Below are positions 28,057 through 42,120 of a stretch of 64,000 bases of DNA, in pieces. Source of the stretch: Octopus vulgaris (lineage: Eukaryota); assembly GCA_951406725.2 (NCBI GenBank), contig OX597815.1, positions 210,242,001-210,306,000 of the forward strand. Direction: 5' to 3'. Position numbers and translations under genes: made by a program. The notes beneath the pieces were generated by a model, which saw only the letters and a list, made by a program, of their open reading frames with translations, was not told the origin of the DNA and did no database searches. Each line of letters opens with the position of its first letter. Position 1 is the stretch's first letter.

Positions 28057-28897
28057 TGGAAGCGCAATGGCCCAGTGGTTAGGGCAACGGACTCGCGGTC
28101 ATAGGATCGTGGTTTAGATTCCCAGACCGGACGTTGTTAGTTAGTTAGTTAGTTAATTTGGCTCAAAAGCAAATAGCAAGGCCATGTAGGGGGACATGGA
28201 GTTAAGTACAGGGTGGTGTTCATGTAAAGAGTTCAGGCCACTTGAGGTCCAGGGAGGCTTTGAACAAAGCGGTCGTCGGCATCTTCACCATCTCGTCTGG
28301 CAGCTTGTTCCACGGATCCGCAACCCGGACGGAGAAAGCTCCTCTCCTTCGATTGAGATGAAATCGTCGCAGGTAGAGCTTTTCGGAATTACCCCGCAGC
28401 CGACGCTCTGCAGCAGGAGTGAAGAACAGCTCTTTCGAGAGGTTACACTTTCCGCTTATGATGTTGTGGGCGAGAATGAGATCACCACGGCGGCGGCGTT
28501 TTTCAAGAGAATAAAGGTCGAGCGTCCTCAACCTTTCTTCGTAGGACAAATTTTTGAGACCATGAACCATGCGGGTAGCCAGCTTCTGGACTCTTTCGAG
28601 TCTTTATTGAGCGAAAACACCTAAAAGCTCCACGAGGCTCCGGCAGGGGATGGTGGTGATCCCTGCTGTACTCTTTCACTACTACTTTCTCTCACTCTTA
28701 CTTCCTGTTTCTGTTGTATCTGTATTTCAAAGGGCCGGCCTTGTCACTCTCTGTGTCACGCTGAATATCCCCGAGAACTACGTTAAGGGTACACGTGTCT
28801 GTGGAGTGCTCAGCCACTTACACGTTAATTTCACGAGCAGGCTGTTCCGTTGATTCGGATCAACCGGAACCCTGGTCGTCGTAACCGATGGAGTGCG
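28057..28897 (+). mobile_element. SINE family C interrupted by a CR1 fragment
   Basis: tRNA head ggcccagtggttagggc..., body homologous to the 20290-20660 copy, resuming at about 28600. Confidence 0.9.
28137..28600 (-). mobile_element. CR1-clade LINE 3' end, 5'-truncated
   Basis: [42 protein letters not shown]...FSVRVADPWNKLP...FKASLD; (CTAA)n tail. Confidence 0.92.
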
Positions 28898-31800
28898 TCC
28901 ATAAGTACTACGTTCTCTAACTATATGCCATCACGACCAAAATCAGCCACTCATATGCTGATAATACCAATTTTCATTCTTTTCTGACGCTAGTCTCATC
29001 CACTTGCATTTTATATGGATGACCACAAATCAGCACCAACTCTATGAAGGGAAAATTCCCCCATCGGTTCTTCGCGCTACGCTGTTTTCAATGACTGTTC
29101 CTGTATCCATAATCATGCAGTTATTCAACTGTGTAGCTTTAATCTGTTTCTGGACGCCTCTATGAACCATGAGTAAAACAACTTTCTCTACATCACACAA
29201 TTAAAAAATAATAATACTCTATTGAATTTGCAGTAGGAGTACCATATATGAGTAATTTCAGATAATACCTAATATCTAAAGAGGTACTATTGGGTTTTAC
29301 TACCAGGAGTTGGCCACGGATTTATGTGTGTATGAAGTGCTCGCCAATATTTTATAAGTCACACGCTCTTCACGTTGTCCATACAAAAGCAATGTAATTG
29401 TTAGTAATCCAGTCTATCTATCTATACATATGTAATGTAGGTAGTATATCTTATGAAAACAGGATTATTATTGCTGCTAAACAAATATTTCATTGAATTC
29501 AGTAATCCTTTTAATACCAGTGACTAGGGAAACCAGCTGAAATTGATTCATGAAGAAGGGTATTTCTACATGAGAAACTCTACATGGTCATAATCAAATG
29601 AATTAAGTTAAAATCTCTTACAAGAAAGCTTTTATTTTATCCAGTTAAATGTTTTGGGTCGATTCTGTTACTAAATTATCTTAATGAAAAACCGAATATT
29701 TATATATTATGAAGGCAATTTTCCCATTTAGCAGGCAGCACGCAATTTCAAGAGGATAGAGAAGTTGATTGCATGTACTTCTGTACACAACCGTTAATCA
29801 TTTATTGACTGCGAAAGGTTAAATATCGATGTCAACTTCGGTGGCGTGTGACGCACACAGCCGGAAGAAATGTCGCAAGTAATTTTGTAAGAATACTGCA
29901 GGCACACCGACTTTGAAATATGAAAATATTCGTAGCACATTTTAGCGAAAAGTCAACAAATCTAATGCAGAAAGGGGCTTTCTTAAATACCTTTGACACA
30001 AGTTAAGTACTTGACATGCCCTTATTTTATCGACCCCGAAAGATGAAAGGCAACGCTAACCTAGGTGGAAGTACAGATGGTATTCTGCCAACTAGCCATC
30101 TTGCACTATGGAAGTTAAAATGTATACATACCATTTCATAGGCAGTTCTAATTTTATAAATACAGGATCACAAATTCAGAATTTACCTCAGACAAATTAA
30201 CGTCGACTTGCTGACGTTAATACTTACTTCGGGGTTTCTCCTAAATATTTTAGGAGTTAAAACAAATATCTTATGGGTCTCAGAGTATCTCCCTTTAATA
30301 AAAGAAAATACTACCATAACTTGTGAGGAAATGTGTGATAAAGGCATATTAAAGTATCGTATTATCCTGCTCTAGTAAATTTAGTATTTGCCAAGTATTA
30401 ATAATTAGAATAGCAGATATTGACTTCTATCTGGTACATTGGTCTTGAAGATGAAATAATCATACTGATTACTTCCATAGTACTGTTAGTGAAAATGCTA
30501 TTGAAGAGACTCAATCAGCTCCGGTCAATTTGATATAGTGTCAGCTATTCAATTGATATGAGCAACTTAAATGCATAGTAAATTAATGTTTAGTAACGAT
30601 GATATAGAAATTGCCGAGGGTGATTTCAGTCACTTCATTAACATGTCTAACAATGTTATAAAACCTCACTGATTAACACATATTAGTTGTGATTTTCTAC
30701 TGATGTGTTGTAGCATACAGCAAGCAGCCTTGGATGATGCACGACCTTTCGTTTAGTCTCTTCTCTTTAAATATTTGAGAACATATCGCATTACGGCAAT
30801 AAGTTACCAAATATATTTATTTATTTGTGTATTCGAGATCTGCTCTTGCAGTTCTCAAATACAAATTTAATGGCGTGATCCTCTTTAGTAAGAAACGAGT
30901 ACATAACGTTTAGCTAATATCCAATAATTAAAATATGAAGGATGGATTGCAGTCAAACATTATAATTATATCACTGAACATTATAGCACAGTGAATAAAA
31001 CAGTCTTGGTAAAAGCCGTATTATATGCGTAATCTGATATGTGCTGAAGAAATATAATGAAGTGGGGTTGATCATTACGTTCTAGGAATGAGTGGCTGTA
31101 ACTCGAAGAATAATAATGAAACGAAGTATAAAATTTGACTTAATAGGTAAAATCTGTATATTCAACCGGTTCGCATACTATGGAAATATTTAATCGGTAA
31201 AAATATTGGAAAAGAAATGCATTTTAAAATTAAATAATCAAAATATTTATTTATAGAAAATAGGTGCTAGATACTAGAAGTAAAACTACAAAAATTTTCA
31301 TAGTGATTAGTCAGTTTTGTAAACTCTTTTAGATGCTCGAAGGTGAGGAAGATTTTGTTGTCGTTTGTTAATATCGGCAACACTAAAAACTTTAAAAATA
31401 AATTCAACATAATTATCTGAAGATGTTATTTTAATTAAATCTAATTCACGTAACGGAAATTATATTTCTTCTAAGGAATTTTATAAAAATAATACATAAA
31501 TTCAATTTTACACAGTTAAAATCAATTTGAAAACAATATGAATTATTCAAAGAATAAACGCAAAATAGATTACACACCAAAGTAGCAAAGAGAATATGAA
31601 AGTATTTTATTTTTGGTCTATTCTTTCAGTGAAAATATTTCCTAAACTTATAAATTTAGATGAAAAGAATTACAGAATTCCGAAAATATTTCAAAATAAT
31701 CATAAAATGGTATTTCTATGCATTATTTCATTTTACCAAGAAAGCTAAAATTAGATTCCTGGTATATTTACACGGCATTATCGAGGATATCATCCAGAAG

Positions 31801-32707
31801 TGTAGTTTGAACACATAAAAAATGTGTTAAACATTATAATAAAACATTGTTGTAATAATTCTAATAAATTGAATTAAATATTGATTTATAACAAATATTC
31901 CATATTTAAATAGTAGTAAAATAATTTGAATAAAGGCCCGAAGACATGGAACAAATTAAAGTAGGCTGGTTGTTTGAATTTAATGCAAATGAATTCAAAA
32001 CACTTTTGAGAGACTTGACAAGATGTATGGTCAACAAACTAACAGTACAATTTACCGTTTCTACTGTGGCCATCAGCAACAATATGTATTCTAACGAGTG
32101 TTATTTTTGTCCTTCATCAAGTTAGATCTATGAACCAAAAATGCCAATTATCTTACACATGTTTCTAGCCTTATATACTGAATGTGAGTATATCAACATT
32201 TCCATAAAATCATAATATAAATTTATACGTCGGTAAAATGGTAGTTTGAATTTCTGCATTGCTGAAATTGTAAATGACTTTTCTTCTTGTTTTTGAAAGT
32301 GCCAATAAAAATATTTACTTAAACTAATGCAGCTCATTGTCATATCTTCTTCAAATGGCGCATTGTAACATCGAACACTTCTAAATGGGTTGTTGTAAAC
32401 TAAACAATATCTTATACTGTGGATGTGTGTGGCCTAGTGATTAGGGTGCTCCACTCGTGATCACAAGATTGTGGTCTCGATTCTCAGACTGATAAAGTTC
32501 TCTGTTCTTTATTTCACGTTGCTCCAACCCACCCAGTTGTAAATGAACAAACCTATAACGGACTGCGTTTTTTCCAGATTGATATTGGCCTGTCCATCTA
32601 GCCCACTGGTTTCCAACATTTTCACACTGCTTCCCAACTGCGGTTCCAAACCCTTTTATTGAAATGAGTATTCCAACGGCCCCCTTTTTATTATATATAT
32701 ATATATT

Positions 32708-33099
32708 ACTCTTTACTCTTTTACTTGTTTCAGTCATTTGACCGCGGCCATGCTGGAGCACCCGGGACTTATTCTTTGTAAGCCCAATACTTATTCTATC
32801 GGTCTCTTTTGCGGAACCGCTAAGTGACGGGGACGTAAACACACCAGCATCGGTTGTCAAGCAATGCTAGGGGGGACAAACACAGACACACAAACACATA
32901 GACACACACGTATATATATATATATATACATATATACGACAGGCTTCTTTCAGTTTTCGTCTACCAAATCCACTCACAAGGCATTGGTCGGCCCGGGGCT
33001 ATAGCAGAAGACACTTGCCCAAGAAGCCACGCAGTGGGACTGAGCCCGGAACCATGTGGTTGGTTAGCAAGCTACTTACCACACAGCCACTGCTGCGCC

Positions 33100-33100
<1 letters not shown>
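32708..33100 (-). mobile_element. SINE family B
   Basis: Near full-length copy flanked by (TA)n. Confidence 0.9.
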
Positions 33101-33131
<31 letters not shown>

Positions 33132-33277
33132 TCTTACATATATACCATTCTGGCTAAAACAAATGGATCTACAACTTCAATATCCCTACATATCTTACAT
33201 CTATTTTCTTTCCTCCAGTCCACTCTCTATTTTTTATCCTATCTAAACTAACTATTACCTATCCATCCTATCACACC

Positions 33278-33329
33278 GTCTCCGATGAAGGGATATAATT
33301 AATAAATATCCTGGAAACATCTGTAAGAC
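33278..33329 (+). ncRNA. Hammerhead-like motif with CCGAUGA core in a (TA)n-flanked repeat
   Basis: gtct CCGATGA a gggatat...atatcct g GAAA catctg TA agac; all three stems recognisable. Confidence 0.55.
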
Positions 33330-33775
33330 CTTCTATATATAAATGTTCTAATATCTAAACAGCCTTGGTTTTTTATCTCATTACCAAAAAAATTCTTATA
33401 TATATATATATATATATATAGTTATAATTTGTCTTGAAACACATAGATAGCGTAGACGTGCTCAAGTCGAGCCTGAGGCGTTAGATAAGTATAATGGATA
33501 TAATAGAAAAGTTCAAGCCAGGCAAACTACGGTTAACACATATATATACGGATTTAATTAAGATAAAAGTAATAAATATCCAAGCTGGAACATGTTTTGA
33601 TATATTAGAGATATGAATGCTAAAAATATAGATGGAAATATAAATATATTCATATATAAACATATTAATAATGGAATATAGATAGAGACGTCTTTTTAAA
33701 TATTAAAATAAGGTACAGAGAAACGAATTGACATTAAAAAGAGTTTGGGGTTACATGTTAGAAGAAAATAAAGTA

Positions 33776-33863
33776 TTCCAACGATAGTTTCTGGAGTTCA
33801 TTCGTCCAAATAACAAATGAAACTTAAGATTCATTTACAGAGAATGTTTCCTTCATCAAGGAA
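33776..33863 (-). ncRNA. Hammerhead-like motif with extended stem II
   Basis: Minus strand: ttcc TTGATGA agga..cattc..aaatgaa/ttcattt..gaatg..tcca GAAA ctatcg TT ggaa. Confidence 0.55.
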
Positions 33864-34198
33864 AAATTATATTTACGCTCGATGTGCGTTCAATTCTTTA
33901 CCAAGGTGAGATAATAGAATGCTTTTATGGAAGAGCGAATGTAGCTATGCAAATACTGGAAGTCTTTATGAATGCTGATGGGAGTAAAATTAGATTGTTT
34001 ACTGTCTTGCCTAAAATTTATATTTGTATTGGCGGTATATTGTTATAAGCGGTAGGATGTTCAGTTGTGCAACAGAAATTACTAGGGTTATTGCTAAGTG
34101 GATTCGGATTCAAATCGTCTCCTGAAAGTTGAGTAGTATCTATGGTTTCACGAATGAATAGCGTCAGAAAGCATATCTAAAACAGTGTAATTATACAT

Positions 34199-34370
34199 AG
34201 GCGCATCAGTGGCTGTGTGGTAAGTAGCTTGCTAACCAACCACATGGTTCCGGGTTCAGTCCCACTGCGTGGCACTTTGGGCAAGTGTCTTCTGCTATAG
34301 CCCCGAGCCGACCAATGCCTTGGGAGTGGATTTGGTAGACGGAAACTGAAAGAAGCCTGTCGTATATATG

Positions 34371-34401
<31 letters not shown>

Positions 34402-34617
34402 TTGTGTGTCTGTGTTTGTCCCCCTAGCATTGCTTGACAACCGATGCTGGTGTGTTTACGTCCCCGTCACTTAGCGGTTCGGCAAAAAGAGACCGATAGA
34501 ATAAGTACTGGGCTTACAAAGAATTAGTCCCGGGGTCGATTTGCTCGACTAAAGGCGGTGCTCCAGCATGGCCGCAGTCAAATGACTGAAACAAGTAAAA
34601 GAGTAAAAGAGAGAGAG
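34199..34617 (+). mobile_element. SINE family B, full length, inserted in the PLE
   Basis: A-box tggctgtgtgg, B-box-like ggttcagtcc, internal microsatellite, aaaagagt tail. Confidence 0.92.
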
Positions 34618-35111
34618 TATGCGAAGGATAATGAATGATTCTTTTATGCACATTCTACATCTGCCTGTAACCGTATTGCACGGTGGGGCCTCATCTATAA
34701 TAGACCAAGATAATGTTTAATTATTATTCTGTAATTTTAAGTCGTCTATATATCTAGCTAGCGCTGTTGAGTTTCTGTATTTTAATATATTGAAAGAATT
34801 TAAGGTGTTCTATATCGTCTCTTAAAGTCTATAGTGCTTCGTATGTATACTCTAGCTTGATTTTTGTCGTTCGCCACATTGCATTTATAGATAACGTTTT
34901 TACGTAAACAGAAACCAGCGAACGGACACGATCCAGGGGCCCTACGATTACACGTTTTCGCATTCCTATCGATAATTTTTGCTTTATTAATGACATTTTG
35001 ATTTATAAGGTGTATCTTATGGTGATTTACGCTTTCAGTCATCTGTGGTTAAATTTTCTGTTTGTATGCTATGATGCTAAGTGTTTCCATTATTTTGTCC
35101 AATCCCTGTAC

Positions 35112-35164
<53 letters not shown>

Positions 35165-35254
35165 TATATATATACATATATATATATACATATATATATA
35201 TATACACACACACACGTACATATATATATATACATATATATATATATGTATATG

Positions 35255-35485
35255 TGTGTGTGTGTGTCTGTGTTTGTCCCCCTAGCATTGCCTGACAACC
35301 GATGCTGGTGTGTTTACGTCCCCGTCACTTAGCGGTTCGGCAAAAGAGACAGATAGAATAAGTACTGGGCTTACAAAGTCCCGGGGTCGATTTGCTCGAC
35401 TAAAGGCGGCGCTCCAGCATGGCCGCTGTCAAATGACTGAAACAAGTAAAAGAGAGTAAAAGAGAAAGTAAAAGAGAAAGAGAGT
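35255..35485 (+). mobile_element. SINE family B 3' half
   Basis: Begins in the (TA)/(TG) tract and matches 34405-34617. Confidence 0.88.
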
Positions 35486-38400
35486 AATATAAAAGCATTG
35501 ATCTAGCCAGTGGAGTGGTCCTATTAGGAAGTAATAACAATGGAAATGAAGCGCATTATGGATGGTCAGTGATGTAAAACAACATTCGATAGTCCTTACT
35601 GTGATTCAGGAATTGTATTATATTTAACTATAATGTTATTGTTTTGTTATTAACAATGACTCCTTACCTGATATTAGACGTTTCTATTTGTTTAGTCAAA
35701 CAAACTTCGAAAATCGGACCCGAATTCACGCATTTCCGAAGTGTTTGTCTTAACAACACTTGAACCATTTAAGTTAACAACGAAAAGTTTTTCTGCAAGT
35801 ATAAGAAGACTTTGCGAAGGAAGAATATTAACAGTCACAAGTTATACTGTAAGACATTTTGCTATTAGGTATGAAATATGACCATATTTAGAAATAATAA
35901 TTGTTTGCCTTAGTCAATTAGCTGTTCTGTTACGTATTCTTCCTTAAGTACTGCATACTTGCAAACATTCACAAGAAAACTCATTATAGCAGTATCGAAA
36001 TGTAAATATTTATTCTCTCCGATGTGGCTTGAAAGTTTCTGTGGGCTATTTCCCTTGGTTCTTATGTCACTTCATAAGTGACTTAACTGTGAAATATAGT
36101 TGCTGGTGTGTCTTGAATCACATGTGGTTGTCTTCATGTGCGTATATAAATTAGCCTACAAGCATACACACACACATACACATACACACGCATACACACA
36201 CACACTTATGTGTGTTTGCACACGCAAAAATGCATAAATCATATAAATCTACACATGTGTATACACATACACATTTAATGATTTCAGAGATGTATGGGTA
36301 TATATTTTCAAAATTTCTTTCCAATATGTACGTACATGACACATGTACATTACTGCTTTGTGTTGTCGTTAGGCGTGAGAGATTGTTTATATTGTATTGA
36401 TTTGTATTAGTCAAATTGATACCTAATGAAACTAAAATTAAATATTTGCCTTGGCTACATTTAACAAGACTCCAGGCTACAAAATACAGTAAAATATCAC
36501 AAAATTTTGCGTTTTCAATTTGCCTCCAAACTCACAAAATCTTCAATTAAAACACTGTTTCCTAAAGTATAAAAAAAACTAATAAGTACGATAAAATTAT
36601 GTTGGCAAATGTTCAGAATTTCAGTTTTCTGCGTGTTCGTGCATGCATGTGTACACGCACGCGTGAGTGTGCAAATGTAATTTTTATCAACATATCTGCC
36701 TTCAAGTTAAATATTTCTATTTTTCCTAACTGTATATTTATGAACTCTTAAGAATCGACTTACAAATGTTCTATGATTAGAAACAAACACTGATGAAATA
36801 AGGTTAATCATTTACTTACTGTGTTTTTGCTCTCTGAGATTCTCTTTATTCTTTTGTGTTTAAGGATCTCTTTAGAGGTTATATTTTAAAATTTTGACGG
36901 TTATAAATCTCCAATAAAACAGCAGATTACTATATTTGCTCACAAGTAATCTGGCCGCACGCAAGAACAAGGCTTAAACGCTTTACCTTCAAATTATAAA
37001 TAATCCTTTCAACTACAAGCATGATCTCTGAAATGTGTGTAGGGGGGGCTAGGGCGATTATATCAATCCCGGTGCTTAACTGTTACTTACGTCATCGTCC
37101 CCGAAACGATGGAACACAAAGTCAAATCGGCGGAACGTTAGATCAGAAACTAAAGACAAATGAAATACTTTTAAATATTTTTCCCAGTGTGTTAACGATT
37201 CTGCTAGCCCACTACTTCCTCTCTTCAAATAATAATAGAAAAACCCCTCAAAGTTCAGGTGAAATCTGTAATGAAAACCTGCTCCAACACTTCGGGAGTT
37301 GTTGTAGCCATGCATTAGAACATAGTAGAACACATCCAGTAAAGGTTGCTACGGGATTCATATGAAAACCACCACTTTCCCTTTCTCATACATCGACTGC
37401 TCTTCTTAACATTCCCTCATACCCTGGGAGCTGTGTGTCAACACCGGAGCACACTAGGCTCACTCACCTCTACTATTGCTGTCAGAATAGTGGGTTCTCT
37501 CACCCAATAAACACTGTACTGTACCCCATGATCAGTGCTTCCACTCCAAAATATCAGTCTTCTAATAATGGCTCCCTAATCAAGTCATTTCTATTGCCGC
37601 CAACTTCTTTTTCGTTTTAAGTGTTCGTTGCATGACCATCGCAGGTTATGACGTAGACTCTTCCGTAAAACTAATTTGAATTTTAAAAAAACATAATATT
37701 TTCAATATGAATATCAATTTAAATACGCCAAATACATATTGGTTTCAAATGTTAGCACAAGACCAGCAAATTGGCGGGATGGGGTAAGTCGATTACTTCA
37801 GCCGCTGATACTTTTCAGCCTCGAAAGGATGAAAGTTAAAATCCACCCTGCGGCATTCGAACATGAAGTGGGACGAAATGCTCCAAAGCAATTTTGCCTG
37901 GTGTACCAACGATTCTGCCTGCTCGCCGCATTGCGATAAATAAATATTAGTCATGTAATCCTTTTAAATACTCTTTCAAATTAAGTTTCCTGATGGGTTT
38001 TGTTGTAAGCTTTGGATGTGAATGGAACAAGAGGTTATTGTGGTTAGGAATTCCTTATAGCTCGCTCACTAAGCGCATCTAAAAATTCCTTAGAAACCAT
38101 TTGCTGCCTTCATTAGCAATTTTAGACAAAATATATTTAGTGCAAAGAGATTGTTGATGAATGTAAAAATGCACAGAAGCATGCAATCTAGCACATAAAC
38201 ACGCTCAAAGACATTTGCACAGCTATATGTAATACTCACAACTGGGTATTTGCAGTATCGTCTGATAATCCAAGATTTATATCAGCTTAGATTATGTTCA
38301 ATGTTCCACATAAGAAACAGTTGTAGAACTGTAGACACACTTCACTCCACGGAGGTTTTACGCTGACGAATGATGTTTTAAAATAACTAAGCTATATCCG

Positions 38401-38879
38401 AGCGTACTAATAAGAAAAGCCAGTCATTTCATGACATCGAAAATCAGTTCTTCGAAAACTTCTATAAATCAAGAGAGTCAAGCAATTTTTACATCTCAGT
38501 TATAACAGGAAAACGCCACATCTTGCAAAGTGCTTAGCATTAGAATCTTTAATGGCAGCTCTCGCTTAAATTGTCATCTGCCATGTTTTACTTATACGCT
38601 TTAAATCTACTGACTTCTTAATAATACCCAAGATATTTATGATTCTAGTTGAATCATTATTGTGTCCCAATAAATGAATTGTATTTTATCCGATTCCTTT
38701 ATGACTTACCAGTTATTGGCTTTAATTGGCAATTCACATTAATAGCAAATGAAAGAGATTTATAATAAAAGGCCTACAACATTATTATTCATAATAGAAA
38801 TATTCTAGACGACTGACATACGACATTTCATGTTTTACATGATTAATTTTTGTCCAGCCCTATTTCTACATATGCTGGC

Positions 38880-40475
38880 ACACATACGCACACATATACA
38901 TATATACACACACTTGAACACATAGACGGACAATAACACACATATACATATATACACACACTTGAACACATACACGGACAATAACACACATATACATATA
39001 TACACACACTTGAACACATACACGGACAATAACACACATATACATATATACACACACTTGAACACATACACGGACAATAACACACATATACATATATACA
39101 CACTCTTGAACACATACACGGACAATAACACACATATACATATATAGACACAATTGAACACATACACGGACAATAACACACATATACATATATAGACACA
39201 CTTGAACACATACACGGACAATAACACACATATACATATATACACACACTTGAACACATACACGGACAATAACACACATATACATATATACACACACTTG
39301 AACACATACACGGACAATAACACACATATACATATATAGACACACTTGAACACATACACGGACAATAACACACATATACATATATAGACACACTTGAACA
39401 CATACACGGACAATAACACACATATACATATATACACACACTTGAACACATACACGGACAATAACACACATATACATATATACACACTCTTGAACACATA
39501 CACGGACAATAACACACATATACATATATAGACACACTTGACCACATACACGGACAATAACACACATATACATATATAGACACTCTTGAACACATTCACG
39601 GACAATAACACACATATACATATATAGACACACTTGAACACATACACGGACAATAACACACATATACATATATACACACACTTGAACACATACACGGACA
39701 ATAACACACATATACATATATACACACACTTGAACACATACACGGACAATAACACACATATACATATATAGACACTCTTGAACACATACACGGACAATAA
39801 CACACATATACATATATACACACTCTTGAACACATACACGGACAATAACACACATATACATATATAGACACACTTGAACACATACACGGACAATAACACA
39901 CATATACATATATACACACTCTTGAACACATACACGGACAATAACACACATATACATATATACACACATTTGAACACATACACGGACAATAACACACATA
40001 TACATATATACACACACTTGAACACATACACGGACAATAACACACATATACATATATACACACTCTTGAACACATACACGGACAATAACACACATATACA
40101 TATATACACACTCTTGAACACATACACGGACAATAACACACATATACATATATACACACACTTGAACACATACACGGACAATAACACACATATACATATA
40201 TACACACTCTTGAACACATACACGGACAATAACACACATATACATATATACACACTCTTGAACACATAGACGGACAATAACACACATATACATATATACA
40301 CACACATGAACACATACACGGACAATAACACACATATACATATATACACACACTCTTGAACACATACACGGACAACACACACTTGAACACATACACGGAC
40401 ACACACACATATACATATATACACACACTTGAACACATACACGGACAATAACACACATATACATATATAGACACA
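38880..40475. repeat. 48-bp minisatellite, about 33 copies
   Basis: Unit cacacatatacatatata(c/g)acac(a/t)cttgaacacatacacggacaataa. Confidence 0.97.
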
Positions 40476-40629
40476 TATAGACAGGTTACAACTTTTATTA
40501 AAATGTAGTGTGGAACTCGGACTGGTGGGCGTGGATGGACGTTACCGAACGAAACATAATATAAAGAATAAAATATAACAAAACAGGTAATGTAAACAGA
40601 TGAAAAATGCAAACGTTAACGAATAATTT

Positions 40630-40853
40630 CACTCCTTTACTTGTTTCAGTCATTTGATTGTGGCCATGCTGGAGCATCGCCTTTAGTCGAGCAAATGGAG
40701 CTCAGGACTTATTCTTTGTAAGCCTAGTACTTATTCTATCGGTCTCTTTTGCCGAACCGCTAATATTACGTGGGATGTAAATACACCTGGATCGGTTGTC
40801 AAGCGATGTTGAGGGGACAAACACACACACACAAACATACACACACACATACG

Positions 40854-40889
<36 letters not shown>

Positions 40890-41052
40890 ACGGGCTTCCT
40901 TTAGTTTCCGTCTACCAAATCCACTCACAAGGCTTTAGTCGGCTCGAAGCTATAGTAGAAGACACTTGCCCAACGTGCCCCGCAGTGGGACTGAACCCGG
41001 AACCATGTGGTTCGTAAGCAAGCTACTTACCACACAACCACTCCTACGCCTG
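40630..41052 (-). mobile_element. SINE family B
   Basis: Full head-to-tail homology to 34199-34617. Confidence 0.9.
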
Positions 41053-41466
41053 TGTGTATCGATATATAATATCCTTAGAATGATTCGGATATAACCCACA
41101 ATTTGAAGTTGACATTATGCTTAGAAGATCCAGTTATCGAAAAACAAATATCTTTTGACGGAAATCATCTTCATGTACACAATTTTTTTTTTTCAGAATT
41201 CTATAATCCTAGAAGTATAAAGGTTAATGGTAGATGAGTAAATTCTCAATGGACCCTTTTAATCGTTGATAATCTGCATTGACAAAGGAGCTTATCAATC
41301 TGCATTTAATTATATAATTGTCCATAATATTTGATGCTACATACACTACATGTGGCTAACGTCAAAATCTGCACTATTTGAAAATTAGTTTTTTCACATA
41401 TATGGGGAAACGTTATTGATTTCCGTGCACTTCTCTAAAGTGAAAGAACACTGGTTATTAATACAT

Positions 41467-41514
<48 letters not shown>

Positions 41515-41649
41515 TTGAACTAATGGGCATATGTCGATTAATGTGTTGAAGTGTTGAGTAAAGCATTGCCACAGTTAATGCCACCTGGTGTCATTCGCAG
41601 TCTGGGTATATTTCCCTTGGAACTACCTCAGGAACTCCGCTGTGTTATT

Positions 41650-41879
41650 CTTTTATTCTTTTTTTCTTTTATTTGTTTCAGTCATTTGACTGCGGCCATG
41701 CTGGAGCACCGCCTTTAGGTGTACAAATCGCCTCCAGGACATATTGTTTTTCAACCTCGTACTTAGTCTATCGGTCTCTTTTGCTGAACTGCTAAGTTAC
41801 GGGGACGGAAACATACCAGCATCGGTTGCCAAGCGATGGTGGGGCGACAAACTCAGATTACGCAAACACACAAACACAA

Positions 41880-41926
<47 letters not shown>

Positions 41927-42120
41927 ATACGACGGGGTTCTTTGCTGTGCTTACGTCCCCGTAACATAGCGGTTCGGCATAAGGTCGGAATAGAATAAGT
42001 ATTTCGAAAAAGTATTAGGCTTTAAAAAAATTCTAGTGTCGATTTTCTCGACTAAAACCCTTCATGACAGTGCCCCAGCAAGGCCGCAATCAAATGACTG
42101 AAACATGTAAAAGATAAAAG
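41650..42120. mobile_element. Two family B SINE 3' halves in inverted orientation around (TA)n
   Basis: Minus copy about 41650-41880, diverged plus copy about 41940-42120. Confidence 0.75.

Larger units (their letters stand above)
33480..35040 (-). mobile_element. Penelope-like element 3' part (Zn-finger, GIY-YIG endonuclease, pLTR), split by a SINE
   Basis: NHHK...[27 protein letters not shown]...VYIRST.DFKRRY; HHR-like motif downstream on the same strand; boundaries approximate. Confidence 0.8.

Noticed and set aside
37240-37660. Possible second CR1-like relic
   Set aside because: Similarity too fragmentary to support by eye
38240-38340. Minus-strand exon candidate ending in gtgagt
   Set aside because: Stops in all frames upstream and a weak acceptor
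38880-40475. CRISPR-like regular repeat array
   Set aside because: No unique spacers, no cas genes, eukaryotic context
38835-40612. 500+ aa ORFs on the minus strand
   Set aside because: Translations of the 48-bp minisatellite; no domain or coding signature
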